Positions 1-10,026 of a DNA stretch of 64,000 nucleotides are shown here, one piece after another. Both the position numbers and the translations under genes were made by a program. Source of the stretch: Bacteroidales bacterium. Its GTDB lineage: Bacteria; Bacteroidota; Bacteroidia; Bacteroidales; VadinHA17. Location of the stretch: the NCBI GenBank assembly GCA_046484805.1, contig JAWOIF010000157.1, positions 35,000 to 98,999 of the forward strand, read 5' to 3'. The first letter of the stretch is position 1. Each line of letters begins with the position of its first letter. Under the pieces are notes generated by a model that was given only the letters and a program-made list of their open reading frames with translations, made no database searches and was not told where the DNA came from.

Positions 1-794
1 GGTGCAATTTCCCCGGATGATGGAATGCTTCCTGACGGATCCATTTCTGACGGATCCATTTCTGACGGATCCATTTCTGACATGGCAAGCTTCATCTCAG
101 TTACCTGGTCGTGGAAGTATTTTACCGGTTCTGAATTGGGATAAAGTGCATATAGTATTGAGTCTACCTTCAAAAAATACTCAAAGTTATCGGCGGGATG
201 AAGTATCGGGGCTCCGGGTGTCAGCTGCTGGTATAATGCAAGAAGAGAGGCTAGTGATGTTGGGTTGTCATCAATGTATCTCCTTGTGTACTCCTCCATC
301 TGATCGATTATGGAAAAGGCCCTTTCGTCGAGTTCGCCAATAATGTTTTCAAGATCAGGATTGTCGAGGTTATCCATATAGACATCCTGTAGTTCCTGAA
401 GCGCGGTTATTGCTCCGCGGAGTTCCTTGTTAAACTTCATCATCAGTTCGGTACCCTCTGCACCTGATAGTTTTGTAGGAACATTGAGTGAATCAAAATC
501 GGCCTCAATTTTAAGATGTTCGCCCGGATCAATAAGTATGGTCAGGAAGCTGCTATTTGTTGCTTTCATCATATAGAAAACGGGACTGTCGGATTTTCTC
601 TTGAATTTGAAGTCTCCGGTACTGCCAATCAATACCGAGTCGACAGTCTCAATAGCATCAGACTTTAGCTCATCGAGATATATGTAAGCATCGGCGGGAG
701 CCCCATTAATCTTTCCTGAAATCATGTGTGAGTTCTCTTTGCAGCTAAAAGCAACGATCGCTATCAGTGTCAGTATTAAAACCCTGTTCTTCAT
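1..794 (-). CDS. Lipoprotein with DUF4369-like N-terminal domain (TlpA/thioredoxin-family type); C-terminal part lies outside the window
   Basis: Absent from the ORF track because it has no stop in the window. Reverse-complement translation from ATG 794-792 gives MKNRVLILTLIAIVAFSCKENSHMISGKINGAPADAYIYLDELKSDAIETVDSVLIGSTGDFKFKRK... It has a lipobox (AFSC). The I.G.I.G...YL...D...G.F.F pattern is typical of domains that precede thioredoxin folds in Bacteroidota. Confidence 0.6.
   Translation of the reverse strand, partial: MKNRVLILTLIAIVAFSCKENSHMISGKINGAPADAYIYLDELKSDAIETVDSVLIGSTGDFKFKRKSDSPVFYMMKATNSSFLTILIDPGEHLKIEADFDSLNVPTKLSGAEGTELMMKFNKELRGAITALQELQDVYMDNLDNPDLENIIGELDERAFSIIDQMEEYTRRYIDDNPTSLASLLALYQQLTPGAPILHPADNFEYFLKVDSILYALYPNSEPVKYFHDQVTEMKLAMSEMDPSEMDPSEMDPSGSIPSSGEIA
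32..81. repeat. In-frame 15-bp tandem repeat, about 3.3 copies (CTGACGGATCCATTT)
   Basis: Perfect copies at 32-46, 47-61 and 62-76, plus a partial copy at 77-81. On the minus strand it encodes (EMDPS)x3 within the partial lipoprotein gene. Confidence 0.95.
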
Positions 795-995
795 TCTCTC
801 TCTGTTTTATTATTGAAGTGCAAATATAGCCTTTTTGAAACACTTACCATTCCTGCCAGCTTCTAAATTCATTCTGTATAATCAATACCGATAGTACAAG
901 GTTATATTTTCATGAATTTTTCTGTTTACTTTGCAAAATCGTTCAAAAAGTGTTAATTTTTAGAACTATTAAAATCAGTTAATTAGTCACTTCTT

Positions 996-2933
996 ATGGG
1001 GTATGTTATTTTCGATAAATCGCAGGTTGTCAACCTGGAATACTCGTTGCCGCGGGAGATCGTTAGAACAAACAGGGCGGGTTCCTATTCATCGACAACA
1101 ATTGTAGGGTGCAATACCAGAAAGTACCATGGGCTGCTGGTTTGTCCGGTCGAAGCCTTCGGAAACGAAAGACACGTACTTCTGTCTGCACTTGACCTGA
1201 CGGTCATTCAGAACGATAAATCTTTCAATACCGGTGTGAGGAAATATGAGGGGGAATACTATAATCCGAAGGGGCATAAATATATTGAGGATTTTAGCAT
1301 TGAATATATACCGATGATGACTTTTCGGGTAGGAAATGTATTGCTTCGTCAGGAAAGGCTGCTCGTTCATTATGAAGAGCAATTACTTTACAGGTACACA
1401 ATTCTTGAAGCCGCTGAGCCCCTGAAGCTTCAGATAAGACCATTTCTGGCCTTCCGGAGTATTCACGGCCTTACAAAGGCAAACATGGCAGCCAATACCT
1501 GGGTGGGCACGATTAAAAATGGGATTGATATTTGTCTTTATGATGGCTTTCCGACACTGAACATGCAGCTTTCATGTAAGGCAGAATTTGTGCACATGCC
1601 AGACTGGTACCGTGATGTTGAATATATTGAGGAAAAAAACCGGGGTTATGATTGCAATGAAGACCTTTTCAACCCCGGGTTTTTTGAGATAAAAGCCACA
1701 GAGGGAGATGTGATTTTGTTTTCTGCCTCGACAAAGGAGGAAAATACAACAGGCCTGAAATCCAAATTCACCAAAACAATCAGGAGGAAAGTACCGAGAA
1801 ACAGCTTTAAACATTGTCTTGAGAATGCTTCTCAGCAGTTTATTGAGAAGCATGGCAATTCAACTCTTATCATAGCTGGCTACCCGTGGTTCGGGGCGTG
1901 GGGAAGGGATACATTTATAGCTCTGCCCGGGATTGCTCTGGGCAGGAAACGGGAAGGTTTTTACGAAGAGGTTCTCGACACACAGGTCTCACGCATGAAA
2001 GATGGGCTTTTTCCGAATATGGGCAGCCCTGATAATCCTGCATTCAATTCCGTAGATGCACCACTATGGTTTTTCTGGGCCCTTCAGCAATATGAACTTC
2101 AGACCGGCCGTGATCCCTGGCTCAGTTATGGCAATGCTGCAAAGTCGGTATTGGGCGCATATCGCGACGGAACACATTATAATATACACATGAGGGAGAA
2201 CGGACTAATATACGCCTCAGCTGAGGGGAAAGCCCTCACCTGGATGGATGCTGTTGTTGAAGGAGTTCCCGTTACTCCCCGTGGAGGATATGCAGTTGAG
2301 ATAAATGCCCTGTGGTATAATGCTGTCTGTTACACCCTCGAACTGGCAAAAAGGGCCGGTGACAGGAAATTCGTAAAAGAATACGAAAAATTGCCGTCAC
2401 TGATAGCAGAGTCTTTTGTCTCCCTGTTCTGGAATGAGAAATCAGGTATGCTGGCAGATTACATTAGTGATGAGGAAGGCCCTGACTTTTCTGTGAGACC
2501 CAATATGACAATAGCCACTTCACTACCTTACTCTATGCTTGACACAACTCAGATGAAGAGTGTGCTTGACAAGGCAGCCTCAGAGCTGCTGACCCCACGC
2601 GGACTAAGATCATTGAGCCCCAACAATGAAAAATACTGCGGAACCTATTACGGCAACCAGAAAGAAAGGGATAATGCATATCATCAGGGAACAGTATGGC
2701 CGTGGCTTATTGGTCCCTTCTGTGACGGTTGGCTGAGGGTATATGGTAATTCCGGCATGGAAAAGGTCAGGAAACTGATAATGGAATTTGAGGAGGTGAT
2801 GACAGAGCATGGTGTTACAACAATCTCTGAGATCTATGACGGAGACCCCCCTCATCAGGCCAGGGGAGCTATCTCACAGGCATGGAGTGTAAGTGAAATA
2901 CTTAGAATTTATGCTTTGATCAATGATGAATAA
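996..2933 (+). CDS. Glycogen debranching enzyme, archaeal/amylo-alpha-1,6-glucosidase type (GH133-like)
   Basis: 645-aa ORF. The N-terminus (REIVRTNRAGSYSSTTIVGCNTRKYHGLLV) and the C-terminal six-hairpin region (GYPWFGAWGRDTFIALPG, QGTVWPWLIGPF, QAWSVSEILR) match this family by eye. It is the first gene of the glycogen cluster. Confidence 0.85.
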   Translation: MGYVIFDKSQVVNLEYSLPREIVRTNRAGSYSSTTIVGCNTRKYHGLLVCPVEAFGNERHVLLSALDLTVIQNDKSFNTGVRKYEGEYYNPKGHKYIEDFSIEYIPMMTFRVGNVLLRQERLLVHYEEQLLYRYTILEAAEPLKLQIRPFLAFRSIHGLTKANMAANTWVGTIKNGIDICLYDGFPTLNMQLSCKAEFVHMPDWYRDVEYIEEKNRGYDCNEDLFNPGFFEIKATEGDVILFSASTKEENTTGLKSKFTKTIRRKVPRNSFKHCLENASQQFIEKHGNSTLIIAGYPWFGAWGRDTFIALPGIALGRKREGFYEEVLDTQVSRMKDGLFPNMGSPDNPAFNSVDAPLWFFWALQQYELQTGRDPWLSYGNAAKSVLGAYRDGTHYNIHMRENGLIYASAEGKALTWMDAVVEGVPVTPRGGYAVEINALWYNAVCYTLELAKRAGDRKFVKEYEKLPSLIAESFVSLFWNEKSGMLADYISDEEGPDFSVRPNMTIATSLPYSMLDTTQMKSVLDKAASELLTPRGLRSLSPNNEKYCGTYYGNQKERDNAYHQGTVWPWLIGPFCDGWLRVYGNSGMEKVRKLIMEFEEVMTEHGVTTISEIYDGDPPHQARGAISQAWSVSEILRIYALINDE

Positions 2934-2948
2934 TTTATACCGGCGGTT

Positions 2949-4241
2949 ATGAGAGTACTGATGTTCGGGTGGGAGTTTCCTCCACACATCTCGGGAGGTC
3001 TGGGGACGGCAAGTTACGGCCTTACCAAGGGTATGGCTTCTCTGGGAAGCGTTGGGGTGATCTTTGTGGTGCCAAAAGCATGGGGTGATGAAGATCAGGG
3101 TGTTGTCAGACTGGTTGGTGCCAACAATATTCCTGTTGCATTCAAGACAATAAATTATGCCGGCGTAAAGAAAAGCGTCGATAAGATAGAAGTAGAGTCA
3201 CGCATTATACCTTATACTGATCCGGAGGAGTATTGGAAATATACAAGGACAGAGTCAGATGAAAGAAAGATATATGTAACTACTGATGATAAGGGAAGGA
3301 TTGAATTTACCGGAAAGTATGGTCCTACCCTTATGGAGGAGATAAGAAAGTATGCAGTAGTGGCTTCGGTGATAGCTACTGAATATGATTTTGAGATCAT
3401 TCATGCACACGACTGGCTGGCTTATCCGGCCGGGATAGCAGCAGCAAAGGCATCGGGTAAGCCGCTGGTAATACATGTCCATGCCACAGACTTCGACAGG
3501 AGCGGTGGCAATGTAAATCCTGAAGTGTATGCCATAGAAAAAAGCGGGATGGAATTTGCCGATAAGATCATTACTGTCAGTAACCTCACCCGTGACATAG
3601 TAATCAATAAATATGGCATCGACCCCAATAAAGTTGTAACTGTTTACAATGCCGTTGACCAGGTTGAGTTTTCTGAAAGTAGCTCATTGATAAAGGGTTT
3701 CGATGATAAAGTGGTGACTTTCCTTGGCAGGATTACCATGCAGAAGGGTCCTGAATACTTCATCGAAGCAGCCCACAGAGTCCTGAAAGTGATGAATAAC
3801 GTCAGGTTTGTGATGGCAGGGTCGGGTGATATGATGGATAGAATGATCAGGCGTGCAGCAGCCCTGCGCATTACAGACAGGTTCCATTTCACGGGATTTC
3901 TTCGCGGAAACGATGTCTTCAGAATGCTTGCATTGAGCGATCTATATATTATGCCATCGGTTTCTGAACCTTTTGGCATATCTCCTCTGGAAGCAATGCA
4001 GTCGAATGTGCCGGTAATCATAAGTAAGCAGTCAGGAGTTGCAGAGATACTCACGCATGCCGTCAAGGTTGATTTCTGGGATATTGATGCCATGGCAGAC
4101 GCCATATACGGAATTTTGAAATATCCGGCTCTCTCACGAATGTTCATTAAGAACGGAAGGGAAGAGGTTATTGCCCTGAAATGGGAGAACTCTGCCAGGC
4201 AGGTAAGGAAAGTATACAATGAAGTATTGAAAAGAATATAA
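2949..4241 (+). CDS. Family 4 glycosyltransferase (glycogen-synthase-like, GT-B fold)
   Basis: 430 aa. N-terminal MRVLMFGWEFPPHISGGLGTA motif, and a C-terminal E..G(I/L).(P/L)LEAM motif (SEPFGISPLEAM). It lies between the debranching enzyme and GH57. Confidence 0.8.
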   Translation: MRVLMFGWEFPPHISGGLGTASYGLTKGMASLGSVGVIFVVPKAWGDEDQGVVRLVGANNIPVAFKTINYAGVKKSVDKIEVESRIIPYTDPEEYWKYTRTESDERKIYVTTDDKGRIEFTGKYGPTLMEEIRKYAVVASVIATEYDFEIIHAHDWLAYPAGIAAAKASGKPLVIHVHATDFDRSGGNVNPEVYAIEKSGMEFADKIITVSNLTRDIVINKYGIDPNKVVTVYNAVDQVEFSESSSLIKGFDDKVVTFLGRITMQKGPEYFIEAAHRVLKVMNNVRFVMAGSGDMMDRMIRRAAALRITDRFHFTGFLRGNDVFRMLALSDLYIMPSVSEPFGISPLEAMQSNVPVIISKQSGVAEILTHAVKVDFWDIDAMADAIYGILKYPALSRMFIKNGREEVIALKWENSARQVRKVYNEVLKRI

Positions 4242-4252
4242 CATGATACATA

Positions 4253-5701
4253 ATGAAGCAAAGTACCAATAAAGCGATTTGCCTGCACTTTGTGGTTCAT
4301 CAGCCTTTCAGGCTGAAGAGGTACAGGTTTTTTGACCTTGGGAATGATCATTACTACTATGATGATTATACTAATGAGTCAATTATGAGGAGGGTGGCAA
4401 CAAGATGTTATCTGCCTGCCAACAAGATCATTCTTGACCTGATAAAAAAGCATAAGGGGAAGTTCAGAACGGCTTTTTCGATCAGCGGACTGGCGATTGA
4501 CCAGATGCAGTTATACGCACCTGAGGTAATTGAATCCTTCAGGGAACTGGCCGCTACAGGATGTGTGGAATTCCTGGCAGAAACAAATTCTCATTCGCTG
4601 GCATCACTAAAAAGCCGTGAGGAATTTGAGACACAGGTAAATCTCCATATGTTGAAGATGAAGACCCTTTTCGGTGTGGAGCCTACGGCGATAAGGAATA
4701 CAGAGATGATCTATTCCGATGAGATAGGTTCATGGATGGCTGACATGGGATTCAGGGTCACTCTTACTGAGGGGGCCAAACACATTCTGGGATGGAAAAG
4801 TCCGAACTTTGTTTACTGTAACTCTATCAACCCCAGGCTTAAGGTGCTTTTACGCAATTTTGTACTGAGTGATGATATTGCATTCAGATTCTCCAACCGG
4901 GGATGGTGCGAATGGCCGCTCACAGCATCAAAATATGCAGGTTGGATTAACCAGGCTGCCACATCAGGTGAAGTGGTAAACCTGTTTGTTGACTACGAGA
5001 CATTTGGAGAGCACCAGGTAAAGGAGACAGGTATAATGGATTTCCTCTCTCATCTTCCCTCCGCAATTCTTAAGTCGACGCCCTTCACCTTCATGACACC
5101 GACCGAAACAGGGAATAGATTTCAGCCTGTAGCTGCTGTCCCGGTTCCTTCGCCTGTTTCATGGGCAGATGAAGAGCGCGATTTGACAGCATGGCTGGGT
5201 AATGAACTCCAGACAGCTGCTTTCAGTAAACTCTATGATCTGTCAGGTAAGATCGAAAAATGCGCCAGCGATGAGCTTAAGAAAGACTGGGTTTATCTGC
5301 AGTCGAGCGATCATTTCTACTACATGAGCACCAAGTTCTTTTCTGATGGTGCGGTTCATTCTTATTTCAATCCTTACGATACTCCATATGAGGCGTTCAT
5401 GAACTACATGAATATTTTGAGCGACTTTGAATTGCGCATCAATCTGGAGGTACCGTGCAGTGAAGATTACATTTTGTCACTGAAGCTTAGTGAGGCAGCA
5501 AGAGAGAAGGATGCATTGATCGAAAAGCTTCAGAATGAGATAGAGAGCCTGAGGAAAAAAACCTCCTCAGGCAAGGTTACAAAAAGACCTGCAAGGGGAA
5601 AGGCCACTAAGGGAGTTTCGGCAAAAAGTGCCGGCAAGACTCCAGTGCAGGATGGAGCTTCCGGGCGTACCAAAGGCAGGGTACAAAAGAATTCAAAGTG
5701 A
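4253..5701 (+). CDS. GH57 family alpha-glucan-active enzyme (alpha-amylase/branching-type) with basic C-terminal tail
   Basis: 482 aa. The HQP(F/Y)R start motif (VVHQPFRLKRY), the ETFGEH catalytic-region motif and the WADEERD motif are typical of GH57. The last 80 aa or so are coiled-coil plus a Lys/Gly/Ser-rich stretch. Confidence 0.8.
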   Translation: MKQSTNKAICLHFVVHQPFRLKRYRFFDLGNDHYYYDDYTNESIMRRVATRCYLPANKIILDLIKKHKGKFRTAFSISGLAIDQMQLYAPEVIESFRELAATGCVEFLAETNSHSLASLKSREEFETQVNLHMLKMKTLFGVEPTAIRNTEMIYSDEIGSWMADMGFRVTLTEGAKHILGWKSPNFVYCNSINPRLKVLLRNFVLSDDIAFRFSNRGWCEWPLTASKYAGWINQAATSGEVVNLFVDYETFGEHQVKETGIMDFLSHLPSAILKSTPFTFMTPTETGNRFQPVAAVPVPSPVSWADEERDLTAWLGNELQTAAFSKLYDLSGKIEKCASDELKKDWVYLQSSDHFYYMSTKFFSDGAVHSYFNPYDTPYEAFMNYMNILSDFELRINLEVPCSEDYILSLKLSEAAREKDALIEKLQNEIESLRKKTSSGKVTKRPARGKATKGVSAKSAGKTPVQDGASGRTKGRVQKNSK

Positions 5702-5720
5702 GTAAGAATAATTTGTAAAG

Positions 5721-8700
5721 ATGATAACGAAGATGAAGCCTGATTTTTTATTCGAGACCAGCTGGGAAATTTGCAATAAGGTAGGTGGTATCCATACGGT
5801 CATATCAACAAAAGCACTGAATATTGTTAATGAATTAGGGAATAATTATATACTGATAGGCCCGGATGTGTGGCGTGAAGATACCAAAAACCCTGAATTC
5901 ATACCCGATGAGACTCTGTTTGCGGCCTGGAAAGGATTTGCTGCGGGTGAAGGTCTCAGAGTCAAGACGGGGAGATGGAACATAGCAGGAAAGCCAATTG
6001 TCATGCTGCTGGACTTCACTCCTTATTTTGGTCAGCAGGACGAGATATTTGCCAGGTTCTGGGAGACATACAAGCTTGACAGCATCTCGGGTCAGTGGGA
6101 TTATGTTGAGCCGGCACTTTTCGGATATGCTGCCGGCAAACTAATTGCCAGCTTTACCACCTTCTACAGGGAGAGTCAGGCAGTAGTCGCTCAGTTTCAT
6201 GAATGGATGACGGGTACAGGAGTATTGTATCTCAAAGAAACTGCTCCATGGGTGGCAACCTCATTCACAACCCATGCAACCGTGCTGGGTCGCTCTATAG
6301 CAGGGAATAACCGTCCCCTTTATGGTCAGATGAAGCAATATGTGCCTTCACAGGTAGCTCTTGAATTCAATGTTACGGCAAAACAATCACTGGAAAAATT
6401 GAGCGCAGTTGAGGCAGACGTATTTACTACTGTAAGCGGTATAACTTCCAAAGAGTGTGCTCACTTCCTTGGGAAGGAGGTTAACTATGTTACTCCAAAC
6501 GGTTTTGAAGATTCATTTGTTCCGCCGGCTTCCGAATTCGGAAAGAAGCGTGAAGCAGCAAGAAACAAACTTCTTGATGTTGCTGAGGCGGTCTTTGGTT
6601 ACACACCATCTTCAGATGCCTTACTGCTTGCACTAAGCGGCAGGTATGAATTCAGGAACAAGGGAGTGGATATTTTTATTGATTCACTGGGCTGTCTTAA
6701 CCGCGACACTAAACCGGGAAAGGAGATAATCGCTTTTATCCTTATGCCGGCTTACCATTCCGGTCCGCGTGCCGATATCCAGTCAGCCCTCAATGACAGT
6801 AATTCGAAGAATACCGGAGATAAGTATCTTACACACGGACTGCATTATCCTGGCACCGACCCGGTTTTGTCAAAGATAGCAGTCAATAAACTGACCAATG
6901 AATCAGGTTCAAGGGTGAAAATAATCTTTGTGCCCTCATATCTTAACGGTGATGACGGAGTATTCAATATACCATACTTTGATCTGCTTATTGGATTCGA
7001 CCTTACTTCTTTCCCATCCTACTATGAACCATGGGGCTACACTCCATTGGAAAGCCTGATGTTCTCGATTCCTACAATTACCACTACCCTGGCCGGATTC
7101 GGACTATGGGTGAAGACCCATTTTGAAAACCCCGGCAAAGGAATTGCAGTCATTGATAGAACCGATGAAAATGAACAGGAAGTAATAAAGGAGATGTGTA
7201 AATTCATTTCTGAATTTACCCGTCTCTCATCTGACAAGGTAGAAGAGGCAAGGGGAAAAGCCCATGAGATATCAAGGATTGCGATGTGGGATACTCTTGT
7301 TACTCATTATTATGATGCTTATTCCTATGCTCTTGTTTCCTCTGAGGTCAGAAGATCAGAACCGAGAGAATTTGCCATTGCACTTGCCGGTCAGGCTGGC
7401 GAAAGCAGGAAACCTCACCAGGTTCCGGTGTGGAAAGATATCTTCGTTCAGTCTGATGTGCCGGAAAGAATGACATGCCTTAAAGAGATAGCCTGCAACC
7501 TTTGGTGGTCGTGGAATAATGAAGCTGAAAATATGTTCCAGAGGATGGCCCCGTCACTATGGGAAGCCTGTGGTCATAATCCAAGGCTCCTCATTGAAAA
7601 GATAGATTACAAGAGGTTGAAGGTGCTCTCGGAGGATGAGGATTTCATCACGGAAATGGACAGGATATACGCGATTTTCAGGGAGTATATGGACAGACCC
7701 GATGATGCTTCCAAACCAAGGGTCGCATATTTTAGTATGGAATTCGGTATACACCATTGCCTGAAGATCTATTCAGGGGGACTTGGTATTCTGGCAGGCG
7801 ATTATCTTAAGGAAGCAAGCGACTCAAATGTGCCGCTGGTAGCAATAGGCCTTCTATACAGGTACGGGTACTTCAGGCAGAAACTTGGTCCTAAAGGAGA
7901 GCAGATCGCAATTTACGAAGCAGAGGATTTCTCACATCTTCCCCTGTGCCCGGTAAAAGATCAGGAGGATAACCATTTGTCGGTCAGCCTTGTCTGGCCG
8001 GGGAGAAACGTGCTGGCAAGGGTTTGGGAGGCAAAGATCGGAAAGGTAACGCTCTACCTGCTCGATACAGATTTTGATGAAAACAGCCACGAGGACAGAT
8101 CAGTAACCCATCATCTGTATGGTGGAGACAATGAGAACAGACTCAAACAGGAGCTGGTACTTGGTATTGGAGGAATAAGGGTTCTCAGAAAGCTGGGGAT
8201 AACACCCGATATCTATCATAGTAATGAGGGACATTCAGCTTTCATTGGAATGGAGAGGCTGTTCCATCTTATCGGAGATAATCACCTCAGGTATGAAGAG
8301 GCGGTTGAAGTTGTGAGGTCCTCTACTCTTTTCACAACACATACTCCGGTGCCGGCAGGACATGATGCATTTGATGAAGATCTGTTAAGGAGATATATAT
8401 CTCATTATCATTCCCGACTGAAGATATCATGGGATGAACTTATGGCGCTCGGGAGGTGTTCGTCAGAACCCGAACGAAAGTTCAATATGAGTTATCTGGC
8501 AACAAGGCTTTCACAGCAAGTCAATGGTGTAAGTAAGCTTCACGGAGAGGTTTCAAGGGCAATGTTCAACAAGCTCTGGCCGGGTTACCTTAAGGAAGAG
8601 CTTCATATCGGGCATGTGACCAATGGTGTTCACCATCCGACATGGTTGGCGCCACAGTGGCGTGACGTTTATGAGGAGCTTACCGGGCAGCGCTACTTTG

Positions 8701-9956
8701 ACCAGACAGACAGAAGCCTTTGGGAAAGAATATACTCGCTTGAAGACAAAAAGGTATATGATATCAGAAGAGAACTGAAATCAGCATTGTTCAAGGCAAT
8801 CAGGAGTAAGCTTCAGAGTGAAATGATCGACAAGCACGTTAGCCCGAGGAAGCTGCTGAATATAAGTACCCATCTTGATGAGAAAGTATTGACAATTGGT
8901 TTTGCCAGAAGATTCGCAACCTACAAGAGAGCTCACCTTCTGTTTACTGATCTTGACAGGCTTGATGCCCTTGTTAATAATCCCGATCAGCCCGTACAGT
9001 TCATATATGCAGGTAAGGCTCACCCTCAGGACGGAGGTGGACAGGGTCTTATACAACGCATAAATGAAATATCGCAGATGCCGAGGTTTGCAGGAAAGAT
9101 TCTTTTCCTTGAGAATTACAACATGGAGCTTGCAAAGCTATTGGTCAGAGGTGTTGACATATGGCTTAATACTCCTACGAGGCCACTGGAGGCTTCGGGT
9201 ACAAGCGGCGAGAAGGCGGTTATGAATGGAACCCTCCATTTCAGCGTACTTGACGGATGGTGGGTGGAAGGCTTCAGGGCATTTGCGGGCTGGGCCCTGC
9301 CTCAGAAGAGAATTTTCACCAATCAAATCCTTCAGGATGACATAGATGCTGAAACTATTTACAATATGCTTACATATGAAATTGTGCCTGCATACTATTC
9401 ATTTAATGAAAATAATATTCCGGTGGAGTGGATCAGCCTGGTAAAAAACACCATGGTAAGGATTGCTCCGGAGTTTACGATGAAGAGGATGATTGATGAC
9501 TATATTGAAAAATACTATCAGCCACTCTGGAACCGTAGTCGTCGCATAATTTCAGATGAGTTTGCCCTTGCAAGGGAGATGGCCTCCTGGAAGGAGGAAA
9601 TGGTAAGAGAATGGGATAATATTGATATTCTATCCTATAATATCGAGAAACCTGATGGAAATGTTTACAGGTCGGGCAGAAAATACAGGGCAGAGGTTGT
9701 TCTCGATGTTAATACTATTCAGCAGGAGTTTGTCGGGGTCGAGTATGTTCTGACAAGGATGAAGACGACAGGGGAGTATGAATTTGTTGCCAGTGGAGAA
9801 TTCAAACCAGTGGGCTTCAAGAAAGGTAAGTGCTATTTCAGGGCAGAGCTGACACCTGAGAAGGCTGGATCATTCTTCTATGGAATCAGGATATTCCCCA
9901 AGCATAAGATGCTTCCCCACAGACAGGATTTTCCCCTGCTGAGATGGATTGTTTAA
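5721..9956 (+). CDS. Fusion protein: GT3 (eukaryote-like) glycogen synthase N-terminal half + GT35 alpha-glucan phosphorylase C-terminal half
   Basis: One uninterrupted 1,411-aa ORF. The N-half has LFETSWEICNKVGGIHTVISTKA and YEPWGYTPLES (GT3 signatures). The C-half has LWWSWNNEA (DUF3417-type N-terminus), GGLGILAGDYLK and EASGTSGEKAVMNG (PLP-lysine motif of phosphorylases). Confidence 0.85.
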   Translation: MITKMKPDFLFETSWEICNKVGGIHTVISTKALNIVNELGNNYILIGPDVWREDTKNPEFIPDETLFAAWKGFAAGEGLRVKTGRWNIAGKPIVMLLDFTPYFGQQDEIFARFWETYKLDSISGQWDYVEPALFGYAAGKLIASFTTFYRESQAVVAQFHEWMTGTGVLYLKETAPWVATSFTTHATVLGRSIAGNNRPLYGQMKQYVPSQVALEFNVTAKQSLEKLSAVEADVFTTVSGITSKECAHFLGKEVNYVTPNGFEDSFVPPASEFGKKREAARNKLLDVAEAVFGYTPSSDALLLALSGRYEFRNKGVDIFIDSLGCLNRDTKPGKEIIAFILMPAYHSGPRADIQSALNDSNSKNTGDKYLTHGLHYPGTDPVLSKIAVNKLTNESGSRVKIIFVPSYLNGDDGVFNIPYFDLLIGFDLTSFPSYYEPWGYTPLESLMFSIPTITTTLAGFGLWVKTHFENPGKGIAVIDRTDENEQEVIKEMCKFISEFTRLSSDKVEEARGKAHEISRIAMWDTLVTHYYDAYSYALVSSEVRRSEPREFAIALAGQAGESRKPHQVPVWKDIFVQSDVPERMTCLKEIACNLWWSWNNEAENMFQRMAPSLWEACGHNPRLLIEKIDYKRLKVLSEDEDFITEMDRIYAIFREYMDRPDDASKPRVAYFSMEFGIHHCLKIYSGGLGILAGDYLKEASDSNVPLVAIGLLYRYGYFRQKLGPKGEQIAIYEAEDFSHLPLCPVKDQEDNHLSVSLVWPGRNVLARVWEAKIGKVTLYLLDTDFDENSHEDRSVTHHLYGGDNENRLKQELVLGIGGIRVLRKLGITPDIYHSNEGHSAFIGMERLFHLIGDNHLRYEEAVEVVRSSTLFTTHTPVPAGHDAFDEDLLRRYISHYHSRLKISWDELMALGRCSSEPERKFNMSYLATRLSQQVNGVSKLHGEVSRAMFNKLWPGYLKEELHIGHVTNGVHHPTWLAPQWRDVYEELTGQRYFDQTDRSLWERIYSLEDKKVYDIRRELKSALFKAIRSKLQSEMIDKHVSPRKLLNISTHLDEKVLTIGFARRFATYKRAHLLFTDLDRLDALVNNPDQPVQFIYAGKAHPQDGGGQGLIQRINEISQMPRFAGKILFLENYNMELAKLLVRGVDIWLNTPTRPLEASGTSGEKAVMNGTLHFSVLDGWWVEGFRAFAGWALPQKRIFTNQILQDDIDAETIYNMLTYEIVPAYYSFNENNIPVEWISLVKNTMVRIAPEFTMKRMIDDYIEKYYQPLWNRSRRIISDEFALAREMASWKEEMVREWDNIDILSYNIEKPDGNVYRSGRKYRAEVVLDVNTIQQEFVGVEYVLTRMKTTGEYEFVASGEFKPVGFKKGKCYFRAELTPEKAGSFFYGIRIFPKHKMLPHRQDFPLLRWIV

Positions 9957-10026
9957 AGGTTCGGAAGCCTCTTTTTTTGATAGTTATTGAATGAAGTGCA
10001 TCGAAAGTTACCGGATTGCTCTACAG

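Noticed and set aside
2-343. 113-aa plus-strand ORF with a striking FLTDPFLTDPFLTDP repeat
   Set aside because: It is the antisense shadow of the minus-strand lipoprotein gene (1-794). That gene has an ATG, a lipobox and a recognisable domain pattern. The repeat is just the 15-bp VNTR read in another frame, and the ORF starts with GTG at the window edge.
3644-4351. Long antisense ORFs inside strong genes: 3644-4351, 24730-25359, 26299-26832, 58877-59581 and 61506-62171
   Set aside because: Each lies fully opposite a gene with unambiguous family motifs (GT4, NupC, GH97, rsmA/mgtE, purH). They have atypical composition and no recognisable motifs.
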